The notes: generated from the letters alone by a model not told the origin. DNA of 64,000 nucleotides from Desulfobacteraceae bacterium (GCA_016783065.1 JADHXI010000001.1:23610-87609), one strand, 5' to 3'. Positions 27,103 to 36,720 are shown, numbered from the stretch's first letter. Numbers and translations are program-made.

Positions 27103-28335
27103 TCACACGAGGCACATCCGATACGGATTTTCGAGGGTCTGCTGGAGATCCTGGATGAATGCCGCGGCCATGGCACCATCCACCACCCGATGATCCGCAG
27201 ATAGCCCAAGGTACAGAATGGGTCGAATAGCCACTTCTCCCTCAAAGACTACCGGCCTGTCCTTCATTTTTGCCACGGAGAGTATCCCGGTTTCGGGCGG
27301 GTTGATGATAGAGGTGAAAAAATCGATATTAAACTGACCAAGATTTGATACGGTGAACGTCCCTCCTTCAAGTTCGTCAAGGGTCAGTTTTTTGGTGCGG
27401 GCCTTTTGCATCAGTTCGTTTCTGTCCGTTGCGATCTGGCCCAGTGTCTTTTTATTCACGTTCCTGATGACCGGGACAATCAAGCCCTCTTCCAGCGCCA
27501 TTGCAAGGCCAATATTTATCTCCTTCTCTATTTTGATCTCCCTGTCTTCGATTACCCCGTTGAACAGGGGGTATTTTTCGATTGTGGTAGCCACCGCCCT
27601 GACGATAATATCATTAAAAGAAAGACGAACACCGGTGGTCGATTCAATGGCATCTATAACGGTTTTTCTAAGCTGGATCATTTGGGTCCCATCCACCTCA
27701 CAGGCAAAATAGACATGCGGGACATCTCTTGAACTGGCCGTGAGTCTCTGGCCGATGATCTCTCGCATCCGGGTCAAAGGGATCGTGGCCCCCAGTTGGA
27801 CTTCACCCTCCCCGGCAGGTTCTTTGTCAGATACGACTTTTTTTTCTGCTGCCTCTGCCGCGGCCAGCACATCCTCCTTTCTGATCCGCCCGTCGGGACG
27901 GGTACTCCTGATTTTGGATATGTCGATTCCCTTCTCTTTGGCGATCTTCCTCGCAACCGGGGTGATCTTAATCCTGGCAGCAGATGTCATTTCCACAGGG
28001 GTATCAACCTGTTTCTCCACAGGGGTTACAACCCCTTCTTTATCCCCATGACCCTCAGGGGTTGACGCCGGGATGGCCGATTCGTCAAATGTTTCACCTT
28101 CTTCCACCATGATGCCAATGGCCTCGCCCACTGCGGCGACCCCTTCTTCGCGGACCAGAACCCTGGCCAGGATACCCGAAATTGGCGCCTCGATTTCATA
28201 ATTGATTTTGTCGGTCTCAATTTCAGCGATAACATCTCCCGCCTCGACCCGGTCTCCTTCTTTGTAATGCCACTTGGTGACCTTTCCCTGCTTCATCGTC
28301 ATGCCAAGTTTCGGCATGATCACATTTTCAGCCAT
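27103..28335 (-). CDS. dihydrolipoamide acyltransferase E2 (set 2)
   Basis: Lipoyl IETDKINYEI, one E3-binding domain (ITPVARKIAKEKGIDI), catalytic SADHRVVDGA. Confidence 0.9.
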   Translation of the reverse strand: MAENVIMPKLGMTMKQGKVTKWHYKEGDRVEAGDVIAEIETDKINYEIEAPISGILARVLVREEGVAAVGEAIGIMVEEGETFDESAIPASTPEGHGDKEGVVTPVEKQVDTPVEMTSAARIKITPVARKIAKEKGIDISKIRSTRPDGRIRKEDVLAAAEAAEKKVVSDKEPAGEGEVQLGATIPLTRMREIIGQRLTASSRDVPHVYFACEVDGTQMIQLRKTVIDAIESTTGVRLSFNDIIVRAVATTIEKYPLFNGVIEDREIKIEKEINIGLAMALEEGLIVPVIRNVNKKTLGQIATDRNELMQKARTKKLTLDELEGGTFTVSNLGQFNIDFFTSIINPPETGILSVAKMKDRPVVFEGEVAIRPILYLGLSADHRVVDGAMAAAFIQDLQQTLENPYRMCLV

Positions 28336-28393
28336 TGAGCAATCTCCTTTTCAACACTAAATTTGATGGTCTCGTAAAAACACTCTTATCTCG

Positions 28394-28505
28394 CGCAAAG
28401 ACGCAAAGAACGCAAAGACAAAATGAATAATATCAATATATTACCTCTGTGTTCTCCCTCCGGGGCGGAGGCCCGCTACGGGCTGGAGTCTGTGGACTCT
28501 GTGAT
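28394..28505. repeat. REP-like intergenic element with tandem octamers
   Basis: CGCAAAGA x3 (28394-28418). Then CTCCCTCCGGGGCGGAGGCCCGCTACGGGCTGGAG, about 80% identical to 47700-47732. Then GTGGACTCTGTGA, shared with 23273-23286. Confidence 0.5.
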
Positions 28506-28578
28506 AAATCTGACTTTTTACATGGGTCCATATTTAGCAACTCAAAACGTCACTTTCTCTGGAAAGAAAAATAGTCTT

Positions 28579-29571
28579 TTAGAATCGAAAGAGGCCTTTT
28601 TCCGTGGCCTGCTTTAGAACTTCATGGACCTCCACAACCCTTGGACCGGACTTATTCAGACGGATAGAGATTTTGTCCCCGGGTTTCAACCTGAACGTTC
28701 TTTCACCATCGAGGGCAAGGATCGACGGAACGAACCGCACGGGGACTGTCTCTCCGATTTCGATGACGCGAGCAGATCTGACGCTGACTTCCTTTATGAG
28801 GCCCGGGGCGATTGGCGCCAATACAGAGCAGCCACCTTCCCCGAGCTCCACACTCAAACCCTGTCCATCATAAAGGTGTATGTGGTGGAGACACCCGCCA
28901 ATTGAGGAGAGCCCAATATCGTTTAGAGAGGCGCAGGTCTGGACGATCTGTTTGATCTGACCCACGTCCCAAATCGCCCTGGAGCCGATATCCCTCGCTT
29001 TCATAACCACCGCGTCGATCAGGGCAATATCGACTACTTCGTCGTTTTTGAGTATGTCGAGCCGCTTGCGCTGAGAGAGGACTTTTTCAGGATCCAGCAG
29101 CTTTCGGGAGATCAATCCGGCTGCCATGCCCGCAACCGTTGCCTCCACAGGTAAAGGAAACACGTTATTCGTACCGGTGGATATGGGGAGGAGGGGAACG
29201 TCCCCGCACCCTTTTGCCACGAGACGATTCGTACCATCTCCCCCGAGCGTAATAATACATCCGACCCCGAGGTCCTTTAACAGGCGTGAAGCCCGGTAGG
29301 AGTCCTCTTCGCTCGCTTTTATCTGCATGTCGAGAAAGGATACGTTCATGGTGGATTCTTTGGCTCGGAAAAACCTCTCTTTGGCTTCCAATCCTATGCC
29401 ATACACATCCGGCATGATGTCCACGCCGTTCACATTGGCAGCTTCCAGGCCGAGGAGCAGTCTCAGCATGATGTTTGTCTTATGCGTGTTGCTGGAGACT
29501 GTTCCACAGGCCACCAACCGTCTTATGTCCTTTCCCGACATCGGGTTAGGGATAATACCGACTTTCCCCAA
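28579..29571 (-). CDS. acoX: AcoX-like ATP-NAD kinase family protein
   Basis: IIPNPMSGKDIRRL N-terminus and ITLGGDGTNRL motif. It lies inside an E1/E2 cluster, as AcoX does in acoXABC operons. TTG start 11 nt after a GGGAGG. Confidence 0.7.
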   Translation of the reverse strand: MGKVGIIPNPMSGKDIRRLVACGTVSSNTHKTNIMLRLLLGLEAANVNGVDIMPDVYGIGLEAKERFFRAKESTMNVSFLDMQIKASEEDSYRASRLLKDLGVGCIITLGGDGTNRLVAKGCGDVPLLPISTGTNNVFPLPVEATVAGMAAGLISRKLLDPEKVLSQRKRLDILKNDEVVDIALIDAVVMKARDIGSRAIWDVGQIKQIVQTCASLNDIGLSSIGGCLHHIHLYDGQGLSVELGEGGCSVLAPIAPGLIKEVSVRSARVIEIGETVPVRFVPSILALDGERTFRLKPGDKISIRLNKSGPRVVEVHEVLKQATEKGLFRF

Positions 29572-29579
29572 GAATATAT

Positions 29580-30551
29580 CTACCTCCCTTCCTCACAAAA
29601 AACGTCATCCAGCGTTTCTGCGGGTTCAGGGAAGGGGCTCGCTTCCGCGAATTTTACCGCCTCTTCGATCTGTGATTCTGTTTCCTGACCGATTCTTTCA
29701 ATCTCTTCCGATGTGAGGACACCCTCGGTGAGGAGCGTGTCAATATATCGAGCCACGGGATCCTTCTCCTGCCAGGCTTCGATCTCCTCTTTTGGTTGGT
29801 AAAGCCGATGGTCCCCTTCGAAATGGCCTTTCATCCGGTAGGTTTTATATTCGATGAGGGTAGGCCCCGAGCCCTCCCTTGCCTTTTTTATGGCCTCGGA
29901 GGCGGCTTCATAGACTGCAATCACATCATTTCCATCGACGGTTATGCCGGGGATCCCATACCCCATGGCCCTCACAGAAATGTCTTGTATCCTAAAATGC
30001 TTGTCCGGCGTCAGCGATATACCGTAAAAGTTGTTTTCGCAGACAAAGATAACTGGCAGGTTCCAGACGGCAGCGAGATTGATACTTTCGTGAAAGGTCG
30101 ACTGGTTAGAGGCTCCGTCTCCAAAAAAACAGACAGCCACCTGATCGGTTCCCTGATACTGAATCGATGTGCCGGCCCCGACCGCGATGGGGAGACCTCC
30201 GCCGACAATCCCGTTGGCACCCAAGATCCCGAGGTCCATGTCGGCAATATGCATGGAGCCGCCCTTTCCCTTGCAATAGCCACCCTTCTTTCCGTAAAGC
30301 TCGGCCATCATCTTGCTGAGATCGCCCCCCTTTCCGATACAGTGTCCATGACCACGGTGGGTGCTGGTGATGTAGTCGGTGGGTCTCAGGTTTGCGCACA
30401 CGCCAGTGGCCACAGCCTCCTCTCCGATATAGAGATGAACGAATCCGGGTATATGGCCTTGCGCAAAGAGCTGTTCTGTCCTGGTTTCAAAATTCCGAAT
30501 GGTCAGGATGGTCCTCAACATTTCTTCCAGTTTGTCCTTCCCGATTTCCAT
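29580..30551 (-). CDS. acoA: acetoin-dehydrogenase-type E1 alpha subunit (set 2)
   Basis: PGFVHLYIGEEAVATGV, STHRGHGHCIGKG, YCKGKGGSMHIAD and GDGASNQ...ENN closely resemble my recollection of Bacillus AcoA. Confidence 0.85.
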   Translation of the reverse strand: MEIGKDKLEEMLRTILTIRNFETRTEQLFAQGHIPGFVHLYIGEEAVATGVCANLRPTDYITSTHRGHGHCIGKGGDLSKMMAELYGKKGGYCKGKGGSMHIADMDLGILGANGIVGGGLPIAVGAGTSIQYQGTDQVAVCFFGDGASNQSTFHESINLAAVWNLPVIFVCENNFYGISLTPDKHFRIQDISVRAMGYGIPGITVDGNDVIAVYEAASEAIKKAREGSGPTLIEYKTYRMKGHFEGDHRLYQPKEEIEAWQEKDPVARYIDTLLTEGVLTSEEIERIGQETESQIEEAVKFAEASPFPEPAETLDDVFCEEGR

Positions 30552-30578
30552 GATTTATCCCTCCTGTCGGCTGATTGT

Positions 30579-31550
30579 TTACACGATTTCCTTGATGGTC
30601 TTTATGATGTCGTCCTCATCCGGGATGTAGAATCCCTCCAATGAAGGACTGAAGGGGACCGGCGTGTCAGGGGCAGTAACCCTTTTAATAGGAGCATCCA
30701 ATGTGTCAAATGCTTCGTCCGCCACCAACGCCGCGATTTCGGCGCCAAATCCACAGGTCTTTGGGGCCTCGTGGACGATAACCAGCTTGTTGGTCTTGGC
30801 GACGGAATCCAGAATCGTCTTTTTGTCAAGCGGGTAAAGCGTTCTGGGGTCCACCACTTCAACACTGATGCCTTCTTTACTCAACTTTTCAGCTGCTGAC
30901 ATGGTCGTGTGCAGCATCATGGAATAAGTCACCACCGTCACATCTGTCCCCTCTCTCTTGATATCGGCCTCGCCCAGCGGTATGACATATTCCTCCTCGG
31001 GAACGTCCCCTGATATTTCGTAAAGCACTTTGTGCTCAACAAAGATGACCGGGTTGTCATCTCGTATGGCGGATTTAAGAAGCCCTTTGGAATCGTAAGG
31101 GGTCGAAGGCATGACAACCTTGAGCCCCGGAACATGGATGAACCATGCCTCCAGGCACTGGGAATGCTGAGCAGCGGCGTTGGCACCTGCTCCTCCTTCG
31201 GCCCTGATGACCAGGGGCAGTTTTGTCTTGCCTCCAAACATATATCTTATCTTGGCGGCTTGGTTTACGATTTGATCCATGCACACCGTAGCAAAATCGA
31301 GCATCATCAACTCGGCCACGGGTCTCAGACCGGTAGCGGCGGCTCCCACAGCAGAACCCACAATGGCGCTTTCCGAAATGGGCGTGTCCTTAACCCGTCT
31401 GCTGCCAAACCTTTCCAAAAGACCTGCCGTGACGCCGAAAATACCGCCATAAGTGCCCACATCTTCTCCTATGACAAAGACCGTCTCGTCGCGTTCCATT
31501 TCCTCAATCAAGGCTTCATTTAGGGCTTCAGATACCGATAGTTGTTTCAT
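30579..31550 (-). CDS. acoB: acetoin-dehydrogenase-type E1 beta subunit (set 2)
   Basis: Start set to ATG 31550 (MKQLSVSEALNEALIEEMERDE) with an AGGAGG SD. HSQCLEAWFIHVPGLKVVMPSTP. Confidence 0.85.
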   Translation of the reverse strand: MKQLSVSEALNEALIEEMERDETVFVIGEDVGTYGGIFGVTAGLLERFGSRRVKDTPISESAIVGSAVGAAATGLRPVAELMMLDFATVCMDQIVNQAAKIRYMFGGKTKLPLVIRAEGGAGANAAAQHSQCLEAWFIHVPGLKVVMPSTPYDSKGLLKSAIRDDNPVIFVEHKVLYEISGDVPEEEYVIPLGEADIKREGTDVTVVTYSMMLHTTMSAAEKLSKEGISVEVVDPRTLYPLDKKTILDSVAKTNKLVIVHEAPKTCGFGAEIAALVADEAFDTLDAPIKRVTAPDTPVPFSPSLEGFYIPDEDDIIKTIKEIV

Positions 31551-31739
31551 TGGCAATTCCTCCTTACAGGATGTTTCCCACATTATAAATTAAGTGCTAT
31601 TTGACCCAGGTTGGCAGCGCATGTATTATCAAATCTTATAGAAGGTCGGGTTTGAAAAAGCAAGCAGATAACCAGAGAAATTCAGCGAACCCAAGGCCTT
31701 GAATCGAATACTGGACTGACCCAGTTTCTGCGTAGGATC

Positions 31740-31768
31740 TTGACATTAACATATTATTGCAATATTAT
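31740..31768 (+). promoter_or_regulatory. candidate sigma70 promoter for the E3 gene
   Basis: TTGACA (31740-45), 17-nt spacer, TATTAT (31763-68), about 100 nt upstream of the lpd ATG. A second candidate is TTGACC-17-TATTAT at 31601-31629. Confidence 0.35.
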
Positions 31769-31789
31769 TGTTTGTCACGTTAAGGTCAA
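31762..31789 (-). promoter_or_regulatory. candidate divergent sigma70 promoter for the E1beta-E1alpha-acoX-E2 operon
   Basis: The minus strand reads TTGACC, 16-nt spacer, TAATAT. Its -10 overlaps the plus-strand -10 in an ATATTATTG x2 tract. Confidence 0.3.
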
Positions 31790-31871
31790 TCTTTTTGGGG
31801 TTTCAGAGAACTAGAACACATCTCCGGCAAAACTCGTAAAATGATACTATAGGGAACAAAGGAGTAAAGAG

Positions 31872-33245
31872 ATGAAAGATGTTGTTGTCATCGGAGGAGG
31901 GGCAGGTGGTGTGCCTGCCGCTATCAGGGCTGCCCAACTGGTCGGTGAGGTCGCCATCGTAGAGAGCAAGGATTTTGGTGGGCTTTGCATGAACAGGGGA
32001 TGCGTACCGTTTGGGCATATGATGGTGGCCTCCGGCATAATCGGCGCCATTTCTTTTGGGAAAAAAGTGGGCCTGTCCGTTAAAGAAGTTTCCAAAGATT
32101 ATCCGATTTTGAAAAAACGGCAGGACGAGCTTATTGACTTTATGAGGATGGGCGTAACTACCACTCTGAAGAAAAACAATGTTGAAATTATTCAAGGGAA
32201 GGGAAAGATTGCCGGAAAAGGCAAATTTGATGTGGACGGAAAAACAGTCTCCTGCAGGAACATCATTTTGGCCACCGGTTCAGGGTGGCTGAAACCGGAC
32301 TTTCCCGGCGGGGACCTGGAGGGAGTTATCAATAGCGACGATCTCTTGAATGCAGACGAGTTACCAAAAAAAGTGCTCCTTTTTGGACGCAGTCCGTGGC
32401 TTTTGGAAATCGCACAGTTTTTGAACAGGTTTGGTTCAGAACCTTTGGTGGCCACACCGGATAAATCGATTATTCCCGAAGAGAGCAAAACAATCAGGTC
32501 CCGTCTGAGAAAGGTGCTAAAAGACGAAGGTATAGATATCAAGAGGGAGGCAAAAATTGCGGGTGCCTCCAAAGCAAAAGGTGGTCTCAGTGTGGAGTTA
32601 AACTCAAAAGAGGGTAGTGAGACCGTCACTGTGGACAAGATATTGTATATTGAAAGGGCTGGTTCTTTAAAGGGTCTTGGGCTGACGAGTATCGGCCTTG
32701 ACGAAAACGGGGAATATCTCGAGGTAAACGATAAGATGGAGACCGGGGCAGAGGGTGTTTACGCCATTGGAGACCTGACAGGGCCGCAATCAAGACATTA
32801 TTCTCATTTTTCCTCCGAAGGGGGAATCGTTGCGGCGGAGAACGCCATGGGGTTGGATTCCTCTATGAACCCAAAGACGTTTACCCGTGTCCTTTTTACA
32901 CAACCGCAGGTGGCCGGTGTCGGGCTGACACCAAAAGAGGCAAAGAAGGCGGGGCATGATGTGGTTGTGGGTGCCGCCCCGTACGGGATGAATCCTTTTG
33001 GAATGCTTATTTCCGAAAACGAGGGCATTGTGGAGGTCGTCGCTGAAAAAAAATATGGTGAAGTGCTGGGTGCTCACTTTATTGGGGCCGGGGCGGCTGA
33101 AATGGTCGGTCAGGCTATCTTAGCCATCCGTATGGAGGCTACCTTGGAAGAACTGGCAACAACCTCTTTTCCCCATCCAACACTGAGCGAATCTCTTGCA
33201 GAGGCTGCAAGGGATGCCTTGGGGAGGCACATTTACCTTCCGTAA
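31872..33245 (+). CDS. lpd: dihydrolipoyl dehydrogenase (E3)
   Basis: FAD motif VIGGGAGGVPAAIRAA and redox disulfide GGLCMNRGCVPFG. 457 aa. It is the only E3 in the window. Confidence 0.9.
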   Translation: MKDVVVIGGGAGGVPAAIRAAQLVGEVAIVESKDFGGLCMNRGCVPFGHMMVASGIIGAISFGKKVGLSVKEVSKDYPILKKRQDELIDFMRMGVTTTLKKNNVEIIQGKGKIAGKGKFDVDGKTVSCRNIILATGSGWLKPDFPGGDLEGVINSDDLLNADELPKKVLLFGRSPWLLEIAQFLNRFGSEPLVATPDKSIIPEESKTIRSRLRKVLKDEGIDIKREAKIAGASKAKGGLSVELNSKEGSETVTVDKILYIERAGSLKGLGLTSIGLDENGEYLEVNDKMETGAEGVYAIGDLTGPQSRHYSHFSSEGGIVAAENAMGLDSSMNPKTFTRVLFTQPQVAGVGLTPKEAKKAGHDVVVGAAPYGMNPFGMLISENEGIVEVVAEKKYGEVLGAHFIGAGAAEMVGQAILAIRMEATLEELATTSFPHPTLSESLAEAARDALGRHIYLP

Positions 33246-33350
33246 TTACGGGCCATTTTCCAACGGCCCAGCTGGTATTTTTTGAATAGGAAATTTGACT
33301 TTTTTTGCAAATTGAGATCTGGTAAGCATAATGGTGAAGGAGGATTAAGG

Positions 33351-34541
33351 ATGTCCATAAAGAGCGTAGTAGAGAGATTTTGGGAAATAAACCCGGAATC
33401 TGAGATATGGTGGGATTCTTCGCCGATCATCTATGACAACTGGCGTAAGAAGATGATCGATCAGGCATCTGATAAGGATGAGATGAAGGAGTGGTTAGAC
33501 CGCCTTTACAGCAAAGACAATAAACCGAAAGAGAACATATTCCGGGGGGTCACAACCAATCCTCCGCTTTCTTATAGTGCCATCAAGGATAACCCTGCCT
33601 ACTGGGCCACCTGGATTGACGATCAGATTGAAAAGGATCGGGGCAAGCCTGCTGAAGTCGTCTTCTGGGATACATATAAGGAGATTGTGAAGCGGGGCGC
33701 CGAGGTATATCTGCCGACTTTTGAGGCGATCGGTTATAAATTTGGATTTATTTCCGGGCAGGTGGACCCAAGGGTCCGGCATGATGTGGATACGATGGTC
33801 GCGCAGGGCGTGGAACTGCATTCCCTCTCACCCAATGTAATGATCAAAGTGCCTGGAACCGCTGAAGGCTATGAAGTAATCAGGCAATTGACGGCCAAGG
33901 GGATTCCCACCAACAACACCCTTTCGTTTATGATCTCCCAATTTGTTGCCTGCATGAACGCCGTGGTAGATGGTATGAAAGAGGCCGAGACGAATAGCGT
34001 GGACTTGAGCAAATGGCGGTCGGTGATCACCTTCATGAGTGGCCGATTTGGGACGTTGGGGGATTTACAAAAGGAGGCCCAGGAACTCAAAATCGAGTTG
34101 AGTGAAGCAGACGAGCGTTGGGCGGAAATTGCCGTCTTCAAGAAGGCCTGCCGCCTGGTAGACGAAAACAGCGAATATCCCGGGAAAATGCTTCTTTGTT
34201 CCATGAAAATGAGTCCCAAGGTGGATGGTGTGGTACGCTCCTGGCACATAGAGAAGGTGGCCGGTGCCAATGCGGTCTATACGTGCCCCCCGCCCTATCT
34301 GGAAGGGCTCCTCTTTAAGGGACAGTATCTTGAATTTAGCGATCAAATCAACGATCCGGTGCCCGGTAATGTGATGGACAAACTGATGAAGATCCCTTAT
34401 TTCGAACGGGGCTACGCAGAAGACGGATACACTGCAGAGGAGTTTAACAGCTATACGCCTTTGCTGGCCACGGCCAAGCAGTTTAGCGGCGCCACACAGG
34501 AAATGGTTGATTTTGTAACCAAACGCGTTACGAAATCCTGA
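33351..34541 (+). CDS. transaldolase-family protein (long, ~396 aa form)
   Basis: GAAGGAGG SD before ATG 33351. FRGVTTNPPL and MIKVPGTAEG (Schiff-base Lys block). Confidence 0.8.
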   Translation: MSIKSVVERFWEINPESEIWWDSSPIIYDNWRKKMIDQASDKDEMKEWLDRLYSKDNKPKENIFRGVTTNPPLSYSAIKDNPAYWATWIDDQIEKDRGKPAEVVFWDTYKEIVKRGAEVYLPTFEAIGYKFGFISGQVDPRVRHDVDTMVAQGVELHSLSPNVMIKVPGTAEGYEVIRQLTAKGIPTNNTLSFMISQFVACMNAVVDGMKEAETNSVDLSKWRSVITFMSGRFGTLGDLQKEAQELKIELSEADERWAEIAVFKKACRLVDENSEYPGKMLLCSMKMSPKVDGVVRSWHIEKVAGANAVYTCPPPYLEGLLFKGQYLEFSDQINDPVPGNVMDKLMKIPYFERGYAEDGYTAEEFNSYTPLLATAKQFSGATQEMVDFVTKRVTKS

Positions 34542-34578
34542 GATTATTAGGAGCCAGCTTATACCTGGAGGCAAGAAC

Positions 34579-35151
34579 ATGAAAACCGTCGGAATTGTCG
34601 GGTCCCCAAGGATCGGGAACACCAGTTTTCTGGTAAAGGAAGCCTTGAACATCCTCGGGCATGAGGGAATTGACACCGAACTGGTGCACCTCAAAGGGAA
34701 AGAAGTCAAGCCCTGCGACGGATGCCTTCGCTGCAAAAAGGAACTGAAGTGTGTGATCCAGGGGGATGACTTCGACGCCTTGTTTGAGACGATGAAGGAG
34801 GCGGACGGAATCATTCTGGGATCACCGGTATATTTTGGGAGTGCTACGCCGCAGATGATGAGCCTGCTGGATCGTGCGGCCTATGTGCAACGACAGACAA
34901 GGGAGTATTTTTCGGGCAAAATAGGGGGGCCGATTGTTGTGGCAAGGCGGGCTGGCCACAATTTTACCCTTGCGCAACTTCTCCTCTGGTATTTCATCAA
35001 TGACATGATTGTTGTCGGGTCCACGTATTGGAATATTGCCGTTGCGGGGTCTGCCGGTAAACACGACATCGAGGATGACAAAGAAGGTATTGAGACGGTT
35101 CGTCACTTTGCCAAATCGATGTCATTTGTGATGAAGAAATTGAATAGCTAA
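34579..35151 (+). CDS. iron-sulfur flavoprotein (Isf)-like NADPH-dependent FMN reductase
   Basis: Flavodoxin-like fold (VGIVGSPRIGNTS, GSPVYFGS) plus the compact Cys motif C-x2-C-x2-C-x5-C (CDGCLRCKKELKC). Confidence 0.75.
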   Translation: MKTVGIVGSPRIGNTSFLVKEALNILGHEGIDTELVHLKGKEVKPCDGCLRCKKELKCVIQGDDFDALFETMKEADGIILGSPVYFGSATPQMMSLLDRAAYVQRQTREYFSGKIGGPIVVARRAGHNFTLAQLLLWYFINDMIVVGSTYWNIAVAGSAGKHDIEDDKEGIETVRHFAKSMSFVMKKLNS

Positions 35152-35169
35152 CAACAAGGGAATGGCTTT

Positions 35170-36720
35170 ATGGCTGACTGCGAAGGGCCATATATAGTCG
35201 GGATCGACGGAGGCACCGAGTCAATCCGAACTGGTCTGTTTGACCTGCAGGGAAACCTTCTCCTCTCCAAAAGCAGGCCATACCAGACCCGTTTTCCCCA
35301 ATCCGGTTGGGCTGAACAGGACCCTCAAGAGTGGTGGGTGGCCCTCAAGCAGGCCGTCAGGGATTTGCTGGACGGCACAGATGCTGCGCCCGAGGAAATC
35401 AAGGGTATCGGTGTGGATGCCACATGCTGTACGGTTGTGCTCCTGGACAGCAACATGAACCCCCTCCGCAATGCCCTTTTATGGATGGACGTCCGAGCGG
35501 GTCGAGAGGCCCGTTTCATTGCGGAAAGCGGCCACCCGGCCCTGAAATATAATGGTTTCGGGAATGTGTCAGCCGAGTGGATGCCTTGTAAGGCCTTATG
35601 GTTGAAAAGGAATGAACCGGAGGTCTATTCAAGGGCCGCCATCGCCTGTGAATATCTCGATTTCATTAACTACAGACTTACGGGACGGAAAACCGCCAGC
35701 ATAAATAATGCCTCTGCAAGATGGTATTACGACGACGACGAAGGCGGATTCCCATCTTCCTTCTACGAGGCCATCGAGCTCGGGGATCTCCTATCCAAAT
35801 TCCCCCCTGATGTACTGGACATGGATCAACCTGTTGGCCGTCTTACTCCTGAAGCCGCCTCCCAACTTGGCCTCAAAGAGGAAACCGTCGTGGCTGAAGG
35901 CGGGGCCGACGCCTTTGTGGGGATGATCGGCCTAAACGTGATCGAACCGGGCCGACTCGCCTTTATTACCGGTTCATCCCATCTCCACCTGGGTATGTCG
36001 CCAATGGCCTTTCACAAAAAAGGGATCTTCGGATCGTATCCAAATGCGGTCATCCGCGGGCAGCATACGGTTGAGGGAGGGCAAATTTCAACGGGCTCCA
36101 TCCTTAAGTGGTTCAAGACCCATTTTCTTGGTCATCAGGCAAGGGAGGCGGAAAACCTTAATGAGGATCTTTACAAACTGATGGACAGGAAGGCCAGAGA
36201 GATCCCTCTCGGTTCTGAAGGTTTGATTGTGCTCGACTCATTCCAGGGGAACCGAACCCCGCTTGTGGACCCCGATCTGAGGGGAGCCATATGGGGCCTC
36301 TCTCTTCGTCACAGACCGGAACATGTCTTTAGGGCAATCTTGGAAGGAGTCGCTTACGGGACCGAATTTATCTTCCGCCAATTCCGGGATGCCGGATACG
36401 AAGCCAAGGAAATCTATGCCTGTGGAGGCGCCGCCAAGAGCCTGTTTTGGATGCAGATTCATGCCGACGTAAGCGGACTCCCCATTCACATACCCGAGGT
36501 TCAGGATGCCCCTCTCCTCGGATCCGCAATCCTCGCGAGCGTCGCTTCAGGACTATATCCGACGGTCAGCGAGGCCGCAACGAACATGGTCAAGATCTCT
36601 CATCGCATTGAGCCCGGTCAAGCCAACCACGAGGCCTACCGCTTCTATGTGGACCAATACATAGAGACGTATTCCCAAATGTCCGAATTGATGCATCGAA
36701 TGACAGATGCCGTAAGGTGA
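35170..36720 (+). CDS. FGGY-family carbohydrate kinase (pentulose/ribulokinase-like)
   Basis: IVGIDGGTESIRTGLFD, GWAEQDPQEWW, ACGGAAKSLFWMQIHADV. Confidence 0.85.
   Translation: MADCEGPYIVGIDGGTESIRTGLFDLQGNLLLSKSRPYQTRFPQSGWAEQDPQEWWVALKQAVRDLLDGTDAAPEEIKGIGVDATCCTVVLLDSNMNPLRNALLWMDVRAGREARFIAESGHPALKYNGFGNVSAEWMPCKALWLKRNEPEVYSRAAIACEYLDFINYRLTGRKTASINNASARWYYDDDEGGFPSSFYEAIELGDLLSKFPPDVLDMDQPVGRLTPEAASQLGLKEETVVAEGGADAFVGMIGLNVIEPGRLAFITGSSHLHLGMSPMAFHKKGIFGSYPNAVIRGQHTVEGGQISTGSILKWFKTHFLGHQAREAENLNEDLYKLMDRKAREIPLGSEGLIVLDSFQGNRTPLVDPDLRGAIWGLSLRHRPEHVFRAILEGVAYGTEFIFRQFRDAGYEAKEIYACGGAAKSLFWMQIHADVSGLPIHIPEVQDAPLLGSAILASVASGLYPTVSEAATNMVKISHRIEPGQANHEAYRFYVDQYIETYSQMSELMHRMTDAVR

Noticed and set aside
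29796-30644. 282-aa plus-strand ORF
   Set aside because: It is antisense to the AcoA-like E1alpha and the end of E1beta. It has no SD and no recognisable domain.
31612-31627. Possible sigma54 -24/-12 promoter (TGGCAGCGCATGTATT)
   Set aside because: A GG is present, but the -12 TTGC/GC element is absent at the required spacing. No enhancer-binding protein gene is in the window.
34065-34814. 249-aa minus-strand ORF
   Set aside because: It is antisense to the transaldolase 3' half and the Isf gene 5' end. It spans two real genes and has no motifs.
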